32,000 bases of DNA from Chlamydiales bacterium (GTDB lineage Bacteria > Chlamydiota > Chlamydiia > Chlamydiales > SM23-39). The notes beneath the pieces were generated by a model. That model did no database searches and was not told the DNA's origin. It saw only the letters and a program-made list of their open reading frames with translations. Location of the stretch: contig OZ253438.1 in assembly GCA_965261025.1 (NCBI GenBank), positions 1,020,001 to 1,052,000 on the forward strand, in the 5' to 3' direction. A program made the translations under genes and the position numbers. Positions 16,181 to 25,691 of the stretch are shown piece after piece; within the stretch, counting starts at the first letter, position 1; every line of letters begins with the position of its first letter.

Positions 16181-18824
16181 GTTGTATGTTGTAGATGCTG
16201 TAAATTATATATTTCGTTCCTATTATGCAATCGCTCCTATGACCAATAAAGAGGGGCACTCAACTTCTGCTTTGTATGGTTTCATTCGCTCTTTACAAAA
16301 ACTAATTCAAGAGTTTCAACCTGAATATTTAGTGGCCGTCTTTGATGGACCTGACAATGCTAAAACAAGAAGAGCCTTATATCCAGATTATAAAAAAAAC
16401 AGGAAAGAAGCTCCCCAAGATCTTTATACTCAAATTGAGTGGGCCTATCAATTTTGTTCCCTAGCAGGAATTCCTGCCCTTTGTAAGGGAGGAGTTGAGG
16501 CGGATGACACCATCGCAAGTATTGCTACTTGGGCTCAGAAAGAAAAAGCCAAAGTCTTTCTGTGCACTGCAGATAAAGATCTTTGTCAACTTGTCTCAGA
16601 AAATATTTTTGTTTTGAATACACATAAACAAAACCAGTTATTTGATACAGAAAAGGTCCACGAATTTTTTGGGGTTTATCCTTCTCAGATGCTGGATCTT
16701 CTTGCCATGATGGGAGATGCTTCAGATAATATTCCAGGGATAGCCGGTTTTGGTCCTAAGACCTCTTCTGCCCTTTTAAAAGAGTTTGGTTCTTTAGAAA
16801 AGATTTTTCACAATTTGGAAAAAATAAAAGGAAAGAAAAAAGAAATTTTACAAAAAGAAAAAGAAAAGGCCCTGTTAAGTAAAAGGCTAGCTTCTTTAGA
16901 CCTTTCTATTCCCATTCCTCAGGAGATTTTTTTCTACAAAATAAAAGAGCCTGATAGATCAGAGCTTTCTGCTTTTTATAGAAAGATGGGATTTTTCTCT
17001 CTTTTGCAAGAACCTTCTCAAACAAAAGATCTAAAAAAAACTAAAACTGACTACATCCTTATCCAAGATAAGGCCTCTTTAAAAAAGCTCCTTCTTCTTT
17101 TGACAAAACAGTCAGAAATTGTCTTAGACACAGAAACAACCCATATTCGCCCCTTTGAAGCAGAACTAGTAGGAATTGGCTTCTGTATAAAACAAGGGCA
17201 AGCTTACTACGTTGCTTTTAATGGTCCTTTTTCCTTTAACGAGCTTTATTCCCTTATTAAACCCGTTTTAGAAAATCCCCAGCTTCGCTTCATAGGCCAT
17301 AACTTAAAATATGATTTACATGTATTGGAAAATCATGGCTTTTTTTTGAAAGGAATCTATTTTGACACTCTTTTAGCTTCCTATGTTCTTTCCCCAGAAC
17401 AAAGAAGACATAATCTAGACCTTCTCACTTTGGAGTATTTTCACCACAAAAAAATAGCTACACAAGCTCTTTTAGGAAAGGGGAAAAACCAGATTACTAT
17501 GAAAGAAGTTCCTTTGGAAAAAGTGGCTGAATACTGTTCGGAAGATGTCGATTTTACTTTGCGACTAAAAACACTTTTTTCCCAAAAGCTAAAGGAAAAG
17601 CAGCTTGACTCTCTTTTTTTTGACGTAGAGATGCCCCTTCTTCCTGTTTTGGCAAAGATGGAGAGAAGGGGGATTTTTTTAGACGTCTCCAAGTTAGAGG
17701 ATATGCGTCTTTTCTTAGAGGAAAAAATCTCTACCTTAGAAAAAGAAATTTATGAAGAAGTAGGTCTTAAATTTAATCTTAATTCTCCCAAACAACTGAG
17801 TGAGGTACTTTTTCAAAGATTGGGTCTTAAAAATCCGGGAAGAAAAAAAACAGAGTATTCTACAGGAGCAAAGGTATTAGAAATGCTTTCGGAAGAGCAC
17901 GCAGTGGCTTCTAAAGTTTTGCAATATAGAGGACTGGAAAAACTTCGTTCCACTTATGTAAATGCTTTAATCAAGCAAATTAATCCGAAAACCAAAAGAA
18001 TCCACCCCACTTTCAATCAATCGGTAACTGCTACAGGAAGGCTCTCCTGCCAAGACCCCAACCTACAAAACATCCCTATAAGAACGGTTGAGGGAAAGAA
18101 GATCCGAGAGGGATTTGAGCCTCAAAAACAGGGCTGGGTTTTTCTCTCTGCAGACTATTCTCAAATTGAGCTGAGACTTTTGGCTCATTTTAGTGAAGAT
18201 CCTTCTTTGATCAGGGCCTTTCAAAAAGGAGAAGATATTCATGCCAGTACGGCTTCTTCCCTCTTTCAAGTACCCCTCTCTGAGGTTACAGAGAAAATGC
18301 GCCACCAAGCAAAAGCCGTAAATTTTGGAATTCTCTACGGTCAAAGCGCATTTGGCCTTTCAGAAGAACTTCGTATCCCTGTAAAACAAGCTTCTCTGTT
18401 TATCCAAAAATATAAGGCCCAATATCCTGAGGTACAAAAATATTTACAAACTTGCATAGAGGGCGCGGAAAAAAAAGGAGTGACTTATACCCTGATAGGA
18501 AGGCAAAGACCTATCCCAGAAATTCACAGTAAAAATCCTCACTTAAAACAAGCAGCACAAAGGCTTGCTATCAATACGCCCCTTCAGGGCAGCTCTGCAG
18601 ATATTATCAAGCTTTGTATGATTCAAATTGAAAAAGAGATAACTCAGCACCAAAAGCAAGGCTTTATGATCCTTCAGGTACATGACGAATTAATTTTTGA
18701 AATCCCTGAAGAAGAGCTCCCTTTTTTCCAAAAAATGGTGAAAGAAAAAATGGAAACCGTTGTTTCTCTAAAGGTTCCTTTAACGGTAAATCTCTCCGTT
18801 GGCAAAAATTGGGGGGAATGTTAA
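16173..18824 (+). CDS. polA: DNA polymerase I (5'-3' exonuclease, 3'-5' exonuclease and polymerase domains)
   Basis: 5' nuclease GVEADD and GDASDNIPG. Exo motifs VLDTETT, GHNLKYDL and YCSEDVD. Polymerase motifs DYSQIELRLLAH (A), RHQAKAVNFGILYG (B) and QVHDEL (C). Confidence 0.95.
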   Translation: MNELYVVDAVNYIFRSYYAIAPMTNKEGHSTSALYGFIRSLQKLIQEFQPEYLVAVFDGPDNAKTRRALYPDYKKNRKEAPQDLYTQIEWAYQFCSLAGIPALCKGGVEADDTIASIATWAQKEKAKVFLCTADKDLCQLVSENIFVLNTHKQNQLFDTEKVHEFFGVYPSQMLDLLAMMGDASDNIPGIAGFGPKTSSALLKEFGSLEKIFHNLEKIKGKKKEILQKEKEKALLSKRLASLDLSIPIPQEIFFYKIKEPDRSELSAFYRKMGFFSLLQEPSQTKDLKKTKTDYILIQDKASLKKLLLLLTKQSEIVLDTETTHIRPFEAELVGIGFCIKQGQAYYVAFNGPFSFNELYSLIKPVLENPQLRFIGHNLKYDLHVLENHGFFLKGIYFDTLLASYVLSPEQRRHNLDLLTLEYFHHKKIATQALLGKGKNQITMKEVPLEKVAEYCSEDVDFTLRLKTLFSQKLKEKQLDSLFFDVEMPLLPVLAKMERRGIFLDVSKLEDMRLFLEEKISTLEKEIYEEVGLKFNLNSPKQLSEVLFQRLGLKNPGRKKTEYSTGAKVLEMLSEEHAVASKVLQYRGLEKLRSTYVNALIKQINPKTKRIHPTFNQSVTATGRLSCQDPNLQNIPIRTVEGKKIREGFEPQKQGWVFLSADYSQIELRLLAHFSEDPSLIRAFQKGEDIHASTASSLFQVPLSEVTEKMRHQAKAVNFGILYGQSAFGLSEELRIPVKQASLFIQKYKAQYPEVQKYLQTCIEGAEKKGVTYTLIGRQRPIPEIHSKNPHLKQAAQRLAINTPLQGSSADIIKLCMIQIEKEITQHQKQGFMILQVHDELIFEIPEEELPFFQKMVKEKMETVVSLKVPLTVNLSVGKNWGEC

Positions 18825-19414
18825 AATTGAGAAAAATTGCTGTAACAGGCAGTGTTTCATGTGGTAAGACTACCGTTTGTGGTTTGTTGCAGAAAGAGGG
18901 TGCTTACTACATTTCTACCGATGAGATTGTTCATAAGTTGCTCCTTTCCGATACAACTCTCGGCGTCCAGCTAACAAAGCTTTTGGGAAAAGAGGTTTTA
19001 GTAGGAGGTTCTTTTTCTAAAGATTTGATAGCTGAAAAGGTGTTTAAAAACCCAGAACTTCTAAGAGGGTTAGAAAAACTGCTCCACCCTCTTGTTTTAC
19101 AAGAAGTAGACAAACTCTACCAAGGGGCAAAAAAGGAAAAAAAACACCCCCTTTTTGTAGTAGAAATACCGCTACTTTATGAAATAGGAGAAGAAAAAGC
19201 TTACGATCGAGTTATTTTCGTAACCTGTAAAGAAGAGCTAATAAGACAAAGGAAAAAAGACTTCACAAAAAGAGCTTTCGAGGAAAGGAAGAAAAGGTTT
19301 CTTTCTTCTTCAGAAAAAGAAAAAAAAGCCGATTTTGTCATAGAAAACAATGAAGGGAAAAAAGAACTTACCCAACAAGTAAAAAAAATCTACCAACAAC
19401 TTTTAACTTTATAG
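18818..19414 (+). CDS. coaE: Dephospho-CoA kinase
   Basis: The P-loop [10 protein letters not shown] sits close to the N-terminus, and the size of about 198 aa fits. ATG 18818 ([11 protein letters not shown]) overlaps the polA stop. The tracked ORF begins at an upstream TTG (18809). Confidence 0.85.
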   Translation: MLKLRKIAVTGSVSCGKTTVCGLLQKEGAYYISTDEIVHKLLLSDTTLGVQLTKLLGKEVLVGGSFSKDLIAEKVFKNPELLRGLEKLLHPLVLQEVDKLYQGAKKEKKHPLFVVEIPLLYEIGEEKAYDRVIFVTCKEELIRQRKKDFTKRAFEERKKRFLSSSEKEKKADFVIENNEGKKELTQQVKKIYQQLLTL

Positions 19415-19428
19415 AGGAGTTTTCTTTC

Positions 19429-20748
19429 ATGAACCAGGAAGAAAATCAGGCACATAAAAACGCCACACGTACAGCTACTGCTGAGAAAATGCAAATTACC
19501 AAGATTTCAGAATTGCAGAGAATGTCTATAGACCAGTTGCATGAATATGCAAAGTCATTAGATATCCGACATGCCAGTTCGCTAACGAAATCACAAATTG
19601 TTTTCGAAGTAGTAAAAGCCATCTCAGAAAAACCCAATGAAGTATTGTTTGGAGAAGGCGTGTTAGAAGTTCTTCCGGACGGTTTTGGTTTTTTAAGATC
19701 CCCTAACTATAATTATTTACCCTCTGCCGAAGATATCTATGTGTCTCCTGCTCAGATCCGCAGATTTGAGCTTAGAAAAGGAGATACTTTGTATGGTACT
19801 ATTCGCCCTCCTAAGGACAAGGAAAAGTATTTCGCTCTTTTAAAAGTGGAAAAGATCAATCAAAAAACTCCAGAGGAGATGAAAAACCGAATTCTGTTTG
19901 AAAATCTTACCCCTTTGTATCCCAATCAAAGACTCATTATGGAGACCTCCAAAGAGAAAATGACTACTAGAGTGCTAGATCTTGCAGCCCCTATTGGCAA
20001 AGGACAACGGGCGATGATCGTAGCTCCTCCTAAAGCGGGAAAAACCATTTTGTTACAAAACATTGCCAACGCCATAGAAACGAATAATCCTGAAGTCTAT
20101 CTTATTGTCCTACTCATTGACGAAAGGCCAGAGGAAGTAACGGATATGATTCGAACTGTCAAAGGAGAAGTAGTCTCTTCCACCTTTGATGAACCTCCAG
20201 AAAGACACGTACAAATTGCAGAAATGGTTATTGAAAAATCTAGAAGAATGGTTGAATCAGGTCATGATGTCGTTATCTTGTTAGACTCTTTAACAAGACT
20301 GGCAAGAGCTTATAACACAGTCCAACCTCATTCTGGAAAAATCCTCACAGGTGGAGTTGATGCAAATGCCCTACATAAGCCTAAGCGATTTTTTGGAGCG
20401 GCTCGAAATATTGAGCATGGGGGGTCTTTAACTATTATAGCCACTGCTATGGTAGATACAGGTTCTCGGATGGATGATGTGATTTTTGAGGAATTCAAAG
20501 GAACAGGAAATATGGAACTAGTCCTTTGTAGAAATCTAGCAGACCGCAGGGTGTTTCCTGCTATTGACCCTGTAAAAAGTGGAACTAGAAAAGAAGATCT
20601 TCTCTATCATCCTTCCGAGCTAGAAAAGATCTTTTTATTGAGAAGACACCTAGCAGACCTTACTCCTTTGGATGCTATGAATCTTCTTCTTTCCAGGTTA
20701 AAAAAGACAAACAGCAATGCAGAGTTTCTTCTTTCTATGAAAGAGTAG
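19429..20748 (+). CDS. rho: Transcription termination factor Rho
   Basis: The N-terminal and RNA-binding region includes [14 protein letters not shown]. Walker [18 protein letters not shown], and the C-terminal GTGNMEL.L.R.LA.RR.FPAID. GAGGAG SD upstream. Confidence 0.95.
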   Translation: MNQEENQAHKNATRTATAEKMQITKISELQRMSIDQLHEYAKSLDIRHASSLTKSQIVFEVVKAISEKPNEVLFGEGVLEVLPDGFGFLRSPNYNYLPSAEDIYVSPAQIRRFELRKGDTLYGTIRPPKDKEKYFALLKVEKINQKTPEEMKNRILFENLTPLYPNQRLIMETSKEKMTTRVLDLAAPIGKGQRAMIVAPPKAGKTILLQNIANAIETNNPEVYLIVLLIDERPEEVTDMIRTVKGEVVSSTFDEPPERHVQIAEMVIEKSRRMVESGHDVVILLDSLTRLARAYNTVQPHSGKILTGGVDANALHKPKRFFGAARNIEHGGSLTIIATAMVDTGSRMDDVIFEEFKGTGNMELVLCRNLADRRVFPAIDPVKSGTRKEDLLYHPSELEKIFLLRRHLADLTPLDAMNLLLSRLKKTNSNAEFLLSMKE

Positions 20749-20802
20749 GAAAAACTTCTCAGGAAATCTCTTTTTGCATAAAACAGAGAGAGAGGGGTGA
20801 AT

Positions 20803-21639
20803 ATGCGGTTTCTCACTAGATTTATAGCGCTTGTTCTTTTTGCTATCTCTGGGTTTTGGTGCTGGGAAAATCTACCCGAGGTCAGGTCTTTAGTACATGA
20901 TCTTCTCAGCTTAGGCAAGTTTCAGACGCTAGAGGTAAGACATAGTGCTGAAATGATCATGCACAAGCACCAAAAGTCGCTTTTGACTGATGATAACCAC
21001 ACTTTTTTAGAGCCTACCTTAAAATTTTATCCCTATCTTCTGATGGAGGTAAAGTATACCAAACCAACAGGAAGAACCGGAGAAGGGATTCTTCTATGGA
21101 GTTTAGTAGATGGCGAAATGGTTATTAATACCCGATCTTGGGAAAAGACTCATGGATTTTTAGATTGTATTGACTCAGGAGCTGATTTAAATGACTTTAA
21201 GATTATTAATGCCCTTTCTCAAAAAGGGGGCATTTTAGACAGAGAGGGTCTCTCTCAACTTTTGGGAGAAAATAATGAAAAATTAGACCTTTGGCTAGAG
21301 AGCTGCCGAAAAAAAAGCTTAATTGTACAGACGGGGAACTTCTTTAGGCTTCACTTACAAAATCCAAAATTACAAGCAATTCCGGAAACCAAGCTAGATC
21401 ATTGGCTGGTTACTAAATCGGCTAAGTCCGCTATTCGGGTTCCTAAAAAATATAGGGCTTCCCAAATTGAAACTATTGCTAAGGCTGCTTTTGGAAAGGA
21501 CTTTGCGATTCGAAAAAAGATTGAAGTGTTTCTTCCCGTATATAGCATTATAGTACAAAACCCTGATGGATCTCAGATGACTACCTACTGGAATGCTTTA
21601 AACGGACAAAAAGTGGAAAAACCCTACCATCTAGAGTAG
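20803..21639 (+). CDS. Hypothetical protein with an N-terminal transmembrane/signal-anchor segment
   Basis: Long ORF in the co-directional run. AGAGGGG SD precedes ATG 20803, and the GTG at 20797 lies inside that SD. Hydrophobic FIALVLFAISGFWCW. No family recognised. Confidence 0.6.
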   Translation: MRFLTRFIALVLFAISGFWCWENLPEVRSLVHDLLSLGKFQTLEVRHSAEMIMHKHQKSLLTDDNHTFLEPTLKFYPYLLMEVKYTKPTGRTGEGILLWSLVDGEMVINTRSWEKTHGFLDCIDSGADLNDFKIINALSQKGGILDREGLSQLLGENNEKLDLWLESCRKKSLIVQTGNFFRLHLQNPKLQAIPETKLDHWLVTKSAKSAIRVPKKYRASQIETIAKAAFGKDFAIRKKIEVFLPVYSIIVQNPDGSQMTTYWNALNGQKVEKPYHLE

Positions 21640-21860
21640 TGCCTTTTTTTTCTCAAATTTAAACGGAAAAAACCCCTTACCCCTTTATTTATCGAAGCCC
21701 TGTTCAATTCATCCTACAAGCTTGAAGGATAGGTGCTCTTTACTCTTATTATTCATGATAGCAACCAAGGGCTTCTTCAAAATTTCCCGCTATAGCTCGA
21801 TTTTACCAATATTTGCTCTAAATCAAAGAACTCCGTACACTATGGGCCGTTTTATATCCT

Positions 21861-21950
21861 GGAAAGATGGCTGAGTGGCTGAAGGCACGTCCCTGCTAAG
21901 GACGCATACCTGATTATAGGGTATCGAGGGTTCGAATCCCTCTCTTTCCG
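21861..21950 (+). tRNA. tRNA-Ser (anticodon GCU), long variable arm, CCA not encoded
   Basis: Cloverleaf folded by hand. Acceptor GGAAAGA/TCTTTCC; anticodon stem CGTCC/GGACG with loop CTGCTAA (anticodon GCT); variable arm ATACC...GGTAT; T arm GAGGG-TTCGAAT-CCCTC; discriminator G. It aligns well with E. coli tRNA-Ser as I remember it. Confidence 0.92.
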
Positions 21951-22023
21951 TCCTTTCCTTCCTAAAAAACCCGTGACTTAAGCTCCCTTTTTTTTCTATA
22001 CTCCAAAGAAATATGGGGTGTCT

Positions 22024-22407
22024 ATGTTCAGAAATACCTGGCTTGCGGCTACAAAAATATTGATTTGGATCTTATTTATCTCCTGGTCTTCCTTATTGCT
22101 TCATCTAGTTTTGAAAGGATTTTCCCCTTGGATTTTTTTCAGTATAGATTTTTTTACTCTCTCTGTGCTTTTTATCCTCTCCCTATTGCTTTGTTTCAAA
22201 CCCTCTAAACTGCTTTTCTCTTTTACTTTGGGTTTTATTTTAGCTGACTTATTTCTTCATTTTATTAGTTTTACACAAGGTTATATCTTTCTATCTCAAA
22301 AAGGCGCTCCTCTTTATCCATTAATGCTTCCTCTTTTTTTCCTTATTTATAAACTCGCATTGCTTTATGTTGCTTATAAAGCATATAAAACTTGCCCTCC
22401 TGCTTAA
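22024..22407 (+). CDS. Small polytopic membrane protein (about 127 aa), hypothetical
   Basis: About four hydrophobic segments. It ends 3 nt before the dnaB start. The start could be GTG 22018 or ATG 22024. Confidence 0.5.
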   Translation: MFRNTWLAATKILIWILFISWSSLLLHLVLKGFSPWIFFSIDFFTLSVLFILSLLLCFKPSKLLFSFTLGFILADLFLHFISFTQGYIFLSQKGAPLYPLMLPLFFLIYKLALLYVAYKAYKTCPPA

Positions 22408-22410
22408 GCT

Positions 22411-25308
22411 ATGAATAAAAAAGAAAAAAAAGTTCGTTTTGCGCCTCATTCTAAAGAGTCAGAGATGATGGTTTTAGGTTCTATGCTCACAAGCATAGGA
22501 AATCTAAACATAGCTGTAGATCTTCTTCTACCTTCTGATTTTTACTATACAGAGCACCAAACTATTTTTGACATCCTGAAAGGGCTTTATCACCAAGATA
22601 AACCTGCAGATATCCATATCGTTTCAGAAATCCTTCGCTCCCAAGAGAAACTAGAAGAAGTAGGAGGAGTTTCTTATCTAACGCTATTAGCTCAATATGC
22701 AGGTACCTCTGCCTATATGGAAGAGTATGCAAAAATGGTGAAGGAAAAATCTCTGCTTAGAAAAATGATTGAAGCTTCACAAGATATCGAAAGAAAAGCC
22801 TTCAGTGGTAAAGAAGAAGCTTCTTCTCTTCTAGATGAAGCGCAAGCTCATTTTTTTCATATCTCTCAAACGGCTAACTGTGATAATTCTCTACTGTTAT
22901 CTGATATTTTATCAGGCGCAAAATCAAAGGAACACCTTCCTTACCTAAAACTTTTAGAGGAAAGACAAAAGACCTATCTAGAAAAAGGAGCCGATGCTAC
23001 CAAAACCGTGGGTCTGCCTTCTCGATTTTTAGATGTGGATAAGATGATTCATGGGTTTTCTCCTTCTAACTTGATGATTTTAGCAGCAAGGCCTGCTATG
23101 GGAAAGTGTGTAACAGGGGATACCTTAATTTTAGATCCTAAAACAGGCCTTCTTCATCCCATAAAAGAGTTAGTCGAAAAAGAAGAAGCCACTATCCTTT
23201 CTTTCACCCAAAAAGGGGATTTTGAAATAAGAAAGCCTTCTGCCTTTTTAGCAGATGGGATAAAACCGACTTTCGTCATCAAAACAGCTTCAGGAAAAAC
23301 TATAGAAGCCACTGCTACCCATCCTTTTCTAACTCCTTTAGGATGGAAAGCGGTAAAAGATTTGCGAGAAGGAGAAAAAATAGCCTCACCCAGATCTCTT
23401 CCCTATTTTGGAAAAGCAGAACTTGCCAAAGAAGAGATTAAGATGGCAGCCTTTTTAATAGCACAACCTTCTTTCTTAAAAGGATTTTCTTTTTCTTTGG
23501 GGAAAAAGGCTCTTTCTACTGACTTCTACGAAACAGCAAAAGCTTTTTCTTATGAGGTAGAGCAAAGAAAAGAAAAGGCTTTTTTGAAGGAGAAAAAAAC
23601 CACTTGTACAAAAGAGCCCTTTCTCTCTCCGATCTTTTCTTACTACAAAAAAGAAAGAAAACTTCCCCCTTCGTTTTTTGAATTAAAAAAATCGCTTCTA
23701 GCTCTTTTTCTTAGCCGTTTTTTTTCTGCCCATCTTTCTCTAGAAGTAGATTTTGCCCAAAAAAAGATCTTACTTGATTTGGACAATAAGCCCTTTTTAA
23801 AACAGATACAACATCTTCTCTTGCGTTTTGGTATTCTGAGCCTAATTTCTTTGAAAGCCTTAAAAATGGGTTTCAGGCCGCAGTATCAATTGATAATTGA
23901 GGAAGAAGCTTCCTTTGCTCTATTCTTTCTGGAAATCTCTCTCTTGGGAAAAAACCCTACTTTCCCTATAAAACCTCCCAAATTGGAAGAAATTTTCTTT
24001 GAGCCTATTATTGCTCTTTCTCCGACTGGTAATAAAGAGGTTTACGATCTTTGTGTAGAAACCACCCATAACTTTATAGCGGCTGATCTGATCGTACATA
24101 ACACCGCTTTACTTCTGAATTTTGCAGAAAATGTCTGTTTTAAAAATGATGTCCCTGTAGGAATTTTTTCTTTAGAAATGGATGCACAACAAATCATCCA
24201 TAGGATTGTCTGCTCCCAATCGGGGGTAGAATCAGATAAAATCCTTTCTGGTTCTCTAAATGGTATGGAATATCAGTCAGTGGTTACTGCCGTGCGAAAA
24301 ATGCAAAAGCATACCATGCTCATAGATGATCAGCCAGGCCTGAAGATCACTGACTTAAGAGCTAGAGCTAGAAGAATGAAAGAAACTCATGATATTGGCT
24401 TTTTACTCATTGACTATTTACAACTTCTTTCCGGATCAGGAAATAATCGCTCTATGGAAAGTAGACAAATGGAAGTGTCTGAAATCTCGCGTCTTTTGAA
24501 GACTTTGGCAAGAGAACTCAATATCCCCGTCTTAGTAGCTGCGCAGCTTTCTAGAAAAGTGGAAGAAAGGCAAGGCCATAGGCCCCAAATGAGTGATTTA
24601 CGCGAATCTGGATGCCTTAATAAAGATGCTCTGATACAAGATGCTCAAACAAATCAAACCTACTCCATTGAAGAACTGGCTTTAAGAAAAACTCAAACTC
24701 CCTTTTTTGTTCACGCAGTAGATGATTCTTGCACTTTAGGAGAACATAAGCTTGTCAAAGCCTTTTATTCAGGAATAAAGCAGGTATATGAGCTAAAAAC
24801 AGTTTCTGGAAAAGTAATCCGTGCTAGTGCAAACCACCCTTTTAGGACTAAAAGAGGATGGGTTCGTCTAGACGAGCTAAAAGAAAATGAACCCCTTTTA
24901 GCTCTGCAAGAAGCTTTCCCTTCTTCTTCAAATGCTTTAGTACAAGAAAAAATTTCTACCAAAACAAAGCTTTTCTGGGATCCTCTTCTTTCTCTGGAAA
25001 AACTAGGAGAGGAAAAAGTATACGATGTCACAGTAGAAGGAGTACATAACTTTGCCACAAACGGTCTTATTGTCCATAACAGCCTAGAACAAGATGCTGA
25101 TCTCATCATGTTTTTGTTGAGAAGAGATTACTATAATCCTCAAGACAATCCAGGCCTGGCAGAGTTAATCATTGGCAAAAACCGTCATGGAGGAACGGGT
25201 ACCGTAAATCTTTTATTTAGAAAAGAACTCGGTCAATTTAAAAACTATATCCCCTTAAAAGAAGGCGAGGTTTTTGAAAATGAAGCGGCTTTTGATCACT
25301 TTTCCTGA
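22411..25308 (+). CDS. dnaB: Replicative DNA helicase DnaB precursor containing two inteins (965 codons; predicted spliced product 477 aa)
   Basis: Exteins carry the DnaB N-terminal domain (SKESEMMVLGSML...) and a Walker A split as ARPAMGK|...|TALLLNFAENV. Also present are FSLEM, IDYLQLL, EVSEISRLLKTLARELNIPVLVAAQLSR, and DLRESG|...|SLEQDADLIMFL. Confidence 0.95.
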   Translation: MNKKEKKVRFAPHSKESEMMVLGSMLTSIGNLNIAVDLLLPSDFYYTEHQTIFDILKGLYHQDKPADIHIVSEILRSQEKLEEVGGVSYLTLLAQYAGTSAYMEEYAKMVKEKSLLRKMIEASQDIERKAFSGKEEASSLLDEAQAHFFHISQTANCDNSLLLSDILSGAKSKEHLPYLKLLEERQKTYLEKGADATKTVGLPSRFLDVDKMIHGFSPSNLMILAARPAMGKCVTGDTLILDPKTGLLHPIKELVEKEEATILSFTQKGDFEIRKPSAFLADGIKPTFVIKTASGKTIEATATHPFLTPLGWKAVKDLREGEKIASPRSLPYFGKAELAKEEIKMAAFLIAQPSFLKGFSFSLGKKALSTDFYETAKAFSYEVEQRKEKAFLKEKKTTCTKEPFLSPIFSYYKKERKLPPSFFELKKSLLALFLSRFFSAHLSLEVDFAQKKILLDLDNKPFLKQIQHLLLRFGILSLISLKALKMGFRPQYQLIIEEEASFALFFLEISLLGKNPTFPIKPPKLEEIFFEPIIALSPTGNKEVYDLCVETTHNFIAADLIVHNTALLLNFAENVCFKNDVPVGIFSLEMDAQQIIHRIVCSQSGVESDKILSGSLNGMEYQSVVTAVRKMQKHTMLIDDQPGLKITDLRARARRMKETHDIGFLLIDYLQLLSGSGNNRSMESRQMEVSEISRLLKTLARELNIPVLVAAQLSRKVEERQGHRPQMSDLRESGCLNKDALIQDAQTNQTYSIEELALRKTQTPFFVHAVDDSCTLGEHKLVKAFYSGIKQVYELKTVSGKVIRASANHPFRTKRGWVRLDELKENEPLLALQEAFPSSSNALVQEKISTKTKLFWDPLLSLEKLGEEKVYDVTVEGVHNFATNGLIVHNSLEQDADLIMFLLRRDYYNPQDNPGLAELIIGKNRHGGTGTVNLLFRKELGQFKNYIPLKEGEVFENEAAFDHFS
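23107..24102 (+). mobile_element. Intein 1 (332 aa) inserted in the DnaB P-loop (GK|T), with a degenerate LAGLIDADG-type endonuclease scaffold
   Basis: Starts CVTGDTLIL (block A). Block B is IEATATHPF, block F is VYDLCVETTHNFIA, and it ends DLIVHN followed by +1 Thr. The central region has LAGLIDADG-like relics (MAAFLIAQPSF, FLSRFFSAHLS) and FLKQIQHLLLRFGILS. Removing it restores ARPAMGKTALLLN. Confidence 0.88.
24613..25080 (+). mobile_element. Intein 2 (156 aa), a natural mini-intein at the Ssp-DnaB-type insertion site (RESG|S)
   Basis: Starts CLNKDALI. Block B is IRASANHPF, then GWVRLDELKENE, and block F/G is VYDVTVEGVHNFATNGLIVHN followed by +1 SLEQD. It closely parallels the Synechocystis DnaB intein as I recall it (IKATANHRF, GWKRLDEL, VFDLTVPGPHNFVANDIIVHN|SIEQD). 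There is no endonuclease domain. Confidence 0.9.
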
Positions 25309-25691
25309 AACAGGTTTTTTTTTATCTCAGGAAAATATTCATAAACAGTGTAACCCAGATCTGGGAAAATAAGAAAAGAGTTCAAAGCAGAGCCGTTTAA
25401 GACCCTGAACATAGGGAAAAAAGGAGAAGCCTCTAAAAAAGCCCGAAATAAAAATCCTACTACCCGAGCCATTTTTTCTATTTTACTCCCCTTTTGAGAG
25501 AGGGTCCCAATAGAAAGAGCGCAATCAACAAAGGCACAAAAACCCTGCACATAGGGAAGAGGAAAGTAACTTATCAGCCTAAAAGTGTTCCATACCGGAA
25601 AGTCTTCTTTGGTAATAGCACCATTATCGGAAAAATCCCCTGCCCCCCTATAGTCTATATAAAAACCAAAAGGGCGTAAAAAAGTATCCAT
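25296..25691 (-). CDS. Hypothetical protein (131 aa)
   Basis: It is the only ORF filling the gap between dnaB and the AT-rich tract. GGAGA lies about 10 nt upstream of the ATG. Its 3' end overlaps the dnaB stop convergently by 13 nt. No family recognised, so it could be spurious. Confidence 0.4.
   Translation of the reverse strand: MDTFLRPFGFYIDYRGAGDFSDNGAITKEDFPVWNTFRLISYFPLPYVQGFCAFVDCALSIGTLSQKGSKIEKMARVVGFLFRAFLEASPFFPMFRVLNGSALNSFLIFPDLGYTVYEYFPEIKKNLFQEK

Noticed and set aside
22024-22407. Inclusion-membrane (Inc) protein call for the small hydrophobic protein upstream of dnaB.
   Set aside because: It has about four hydrophobic segments spread over the whole 127 aa rather than a single bilobed hydrophobic hairpin with soluble tails. 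That is not enough to call it an Inc.
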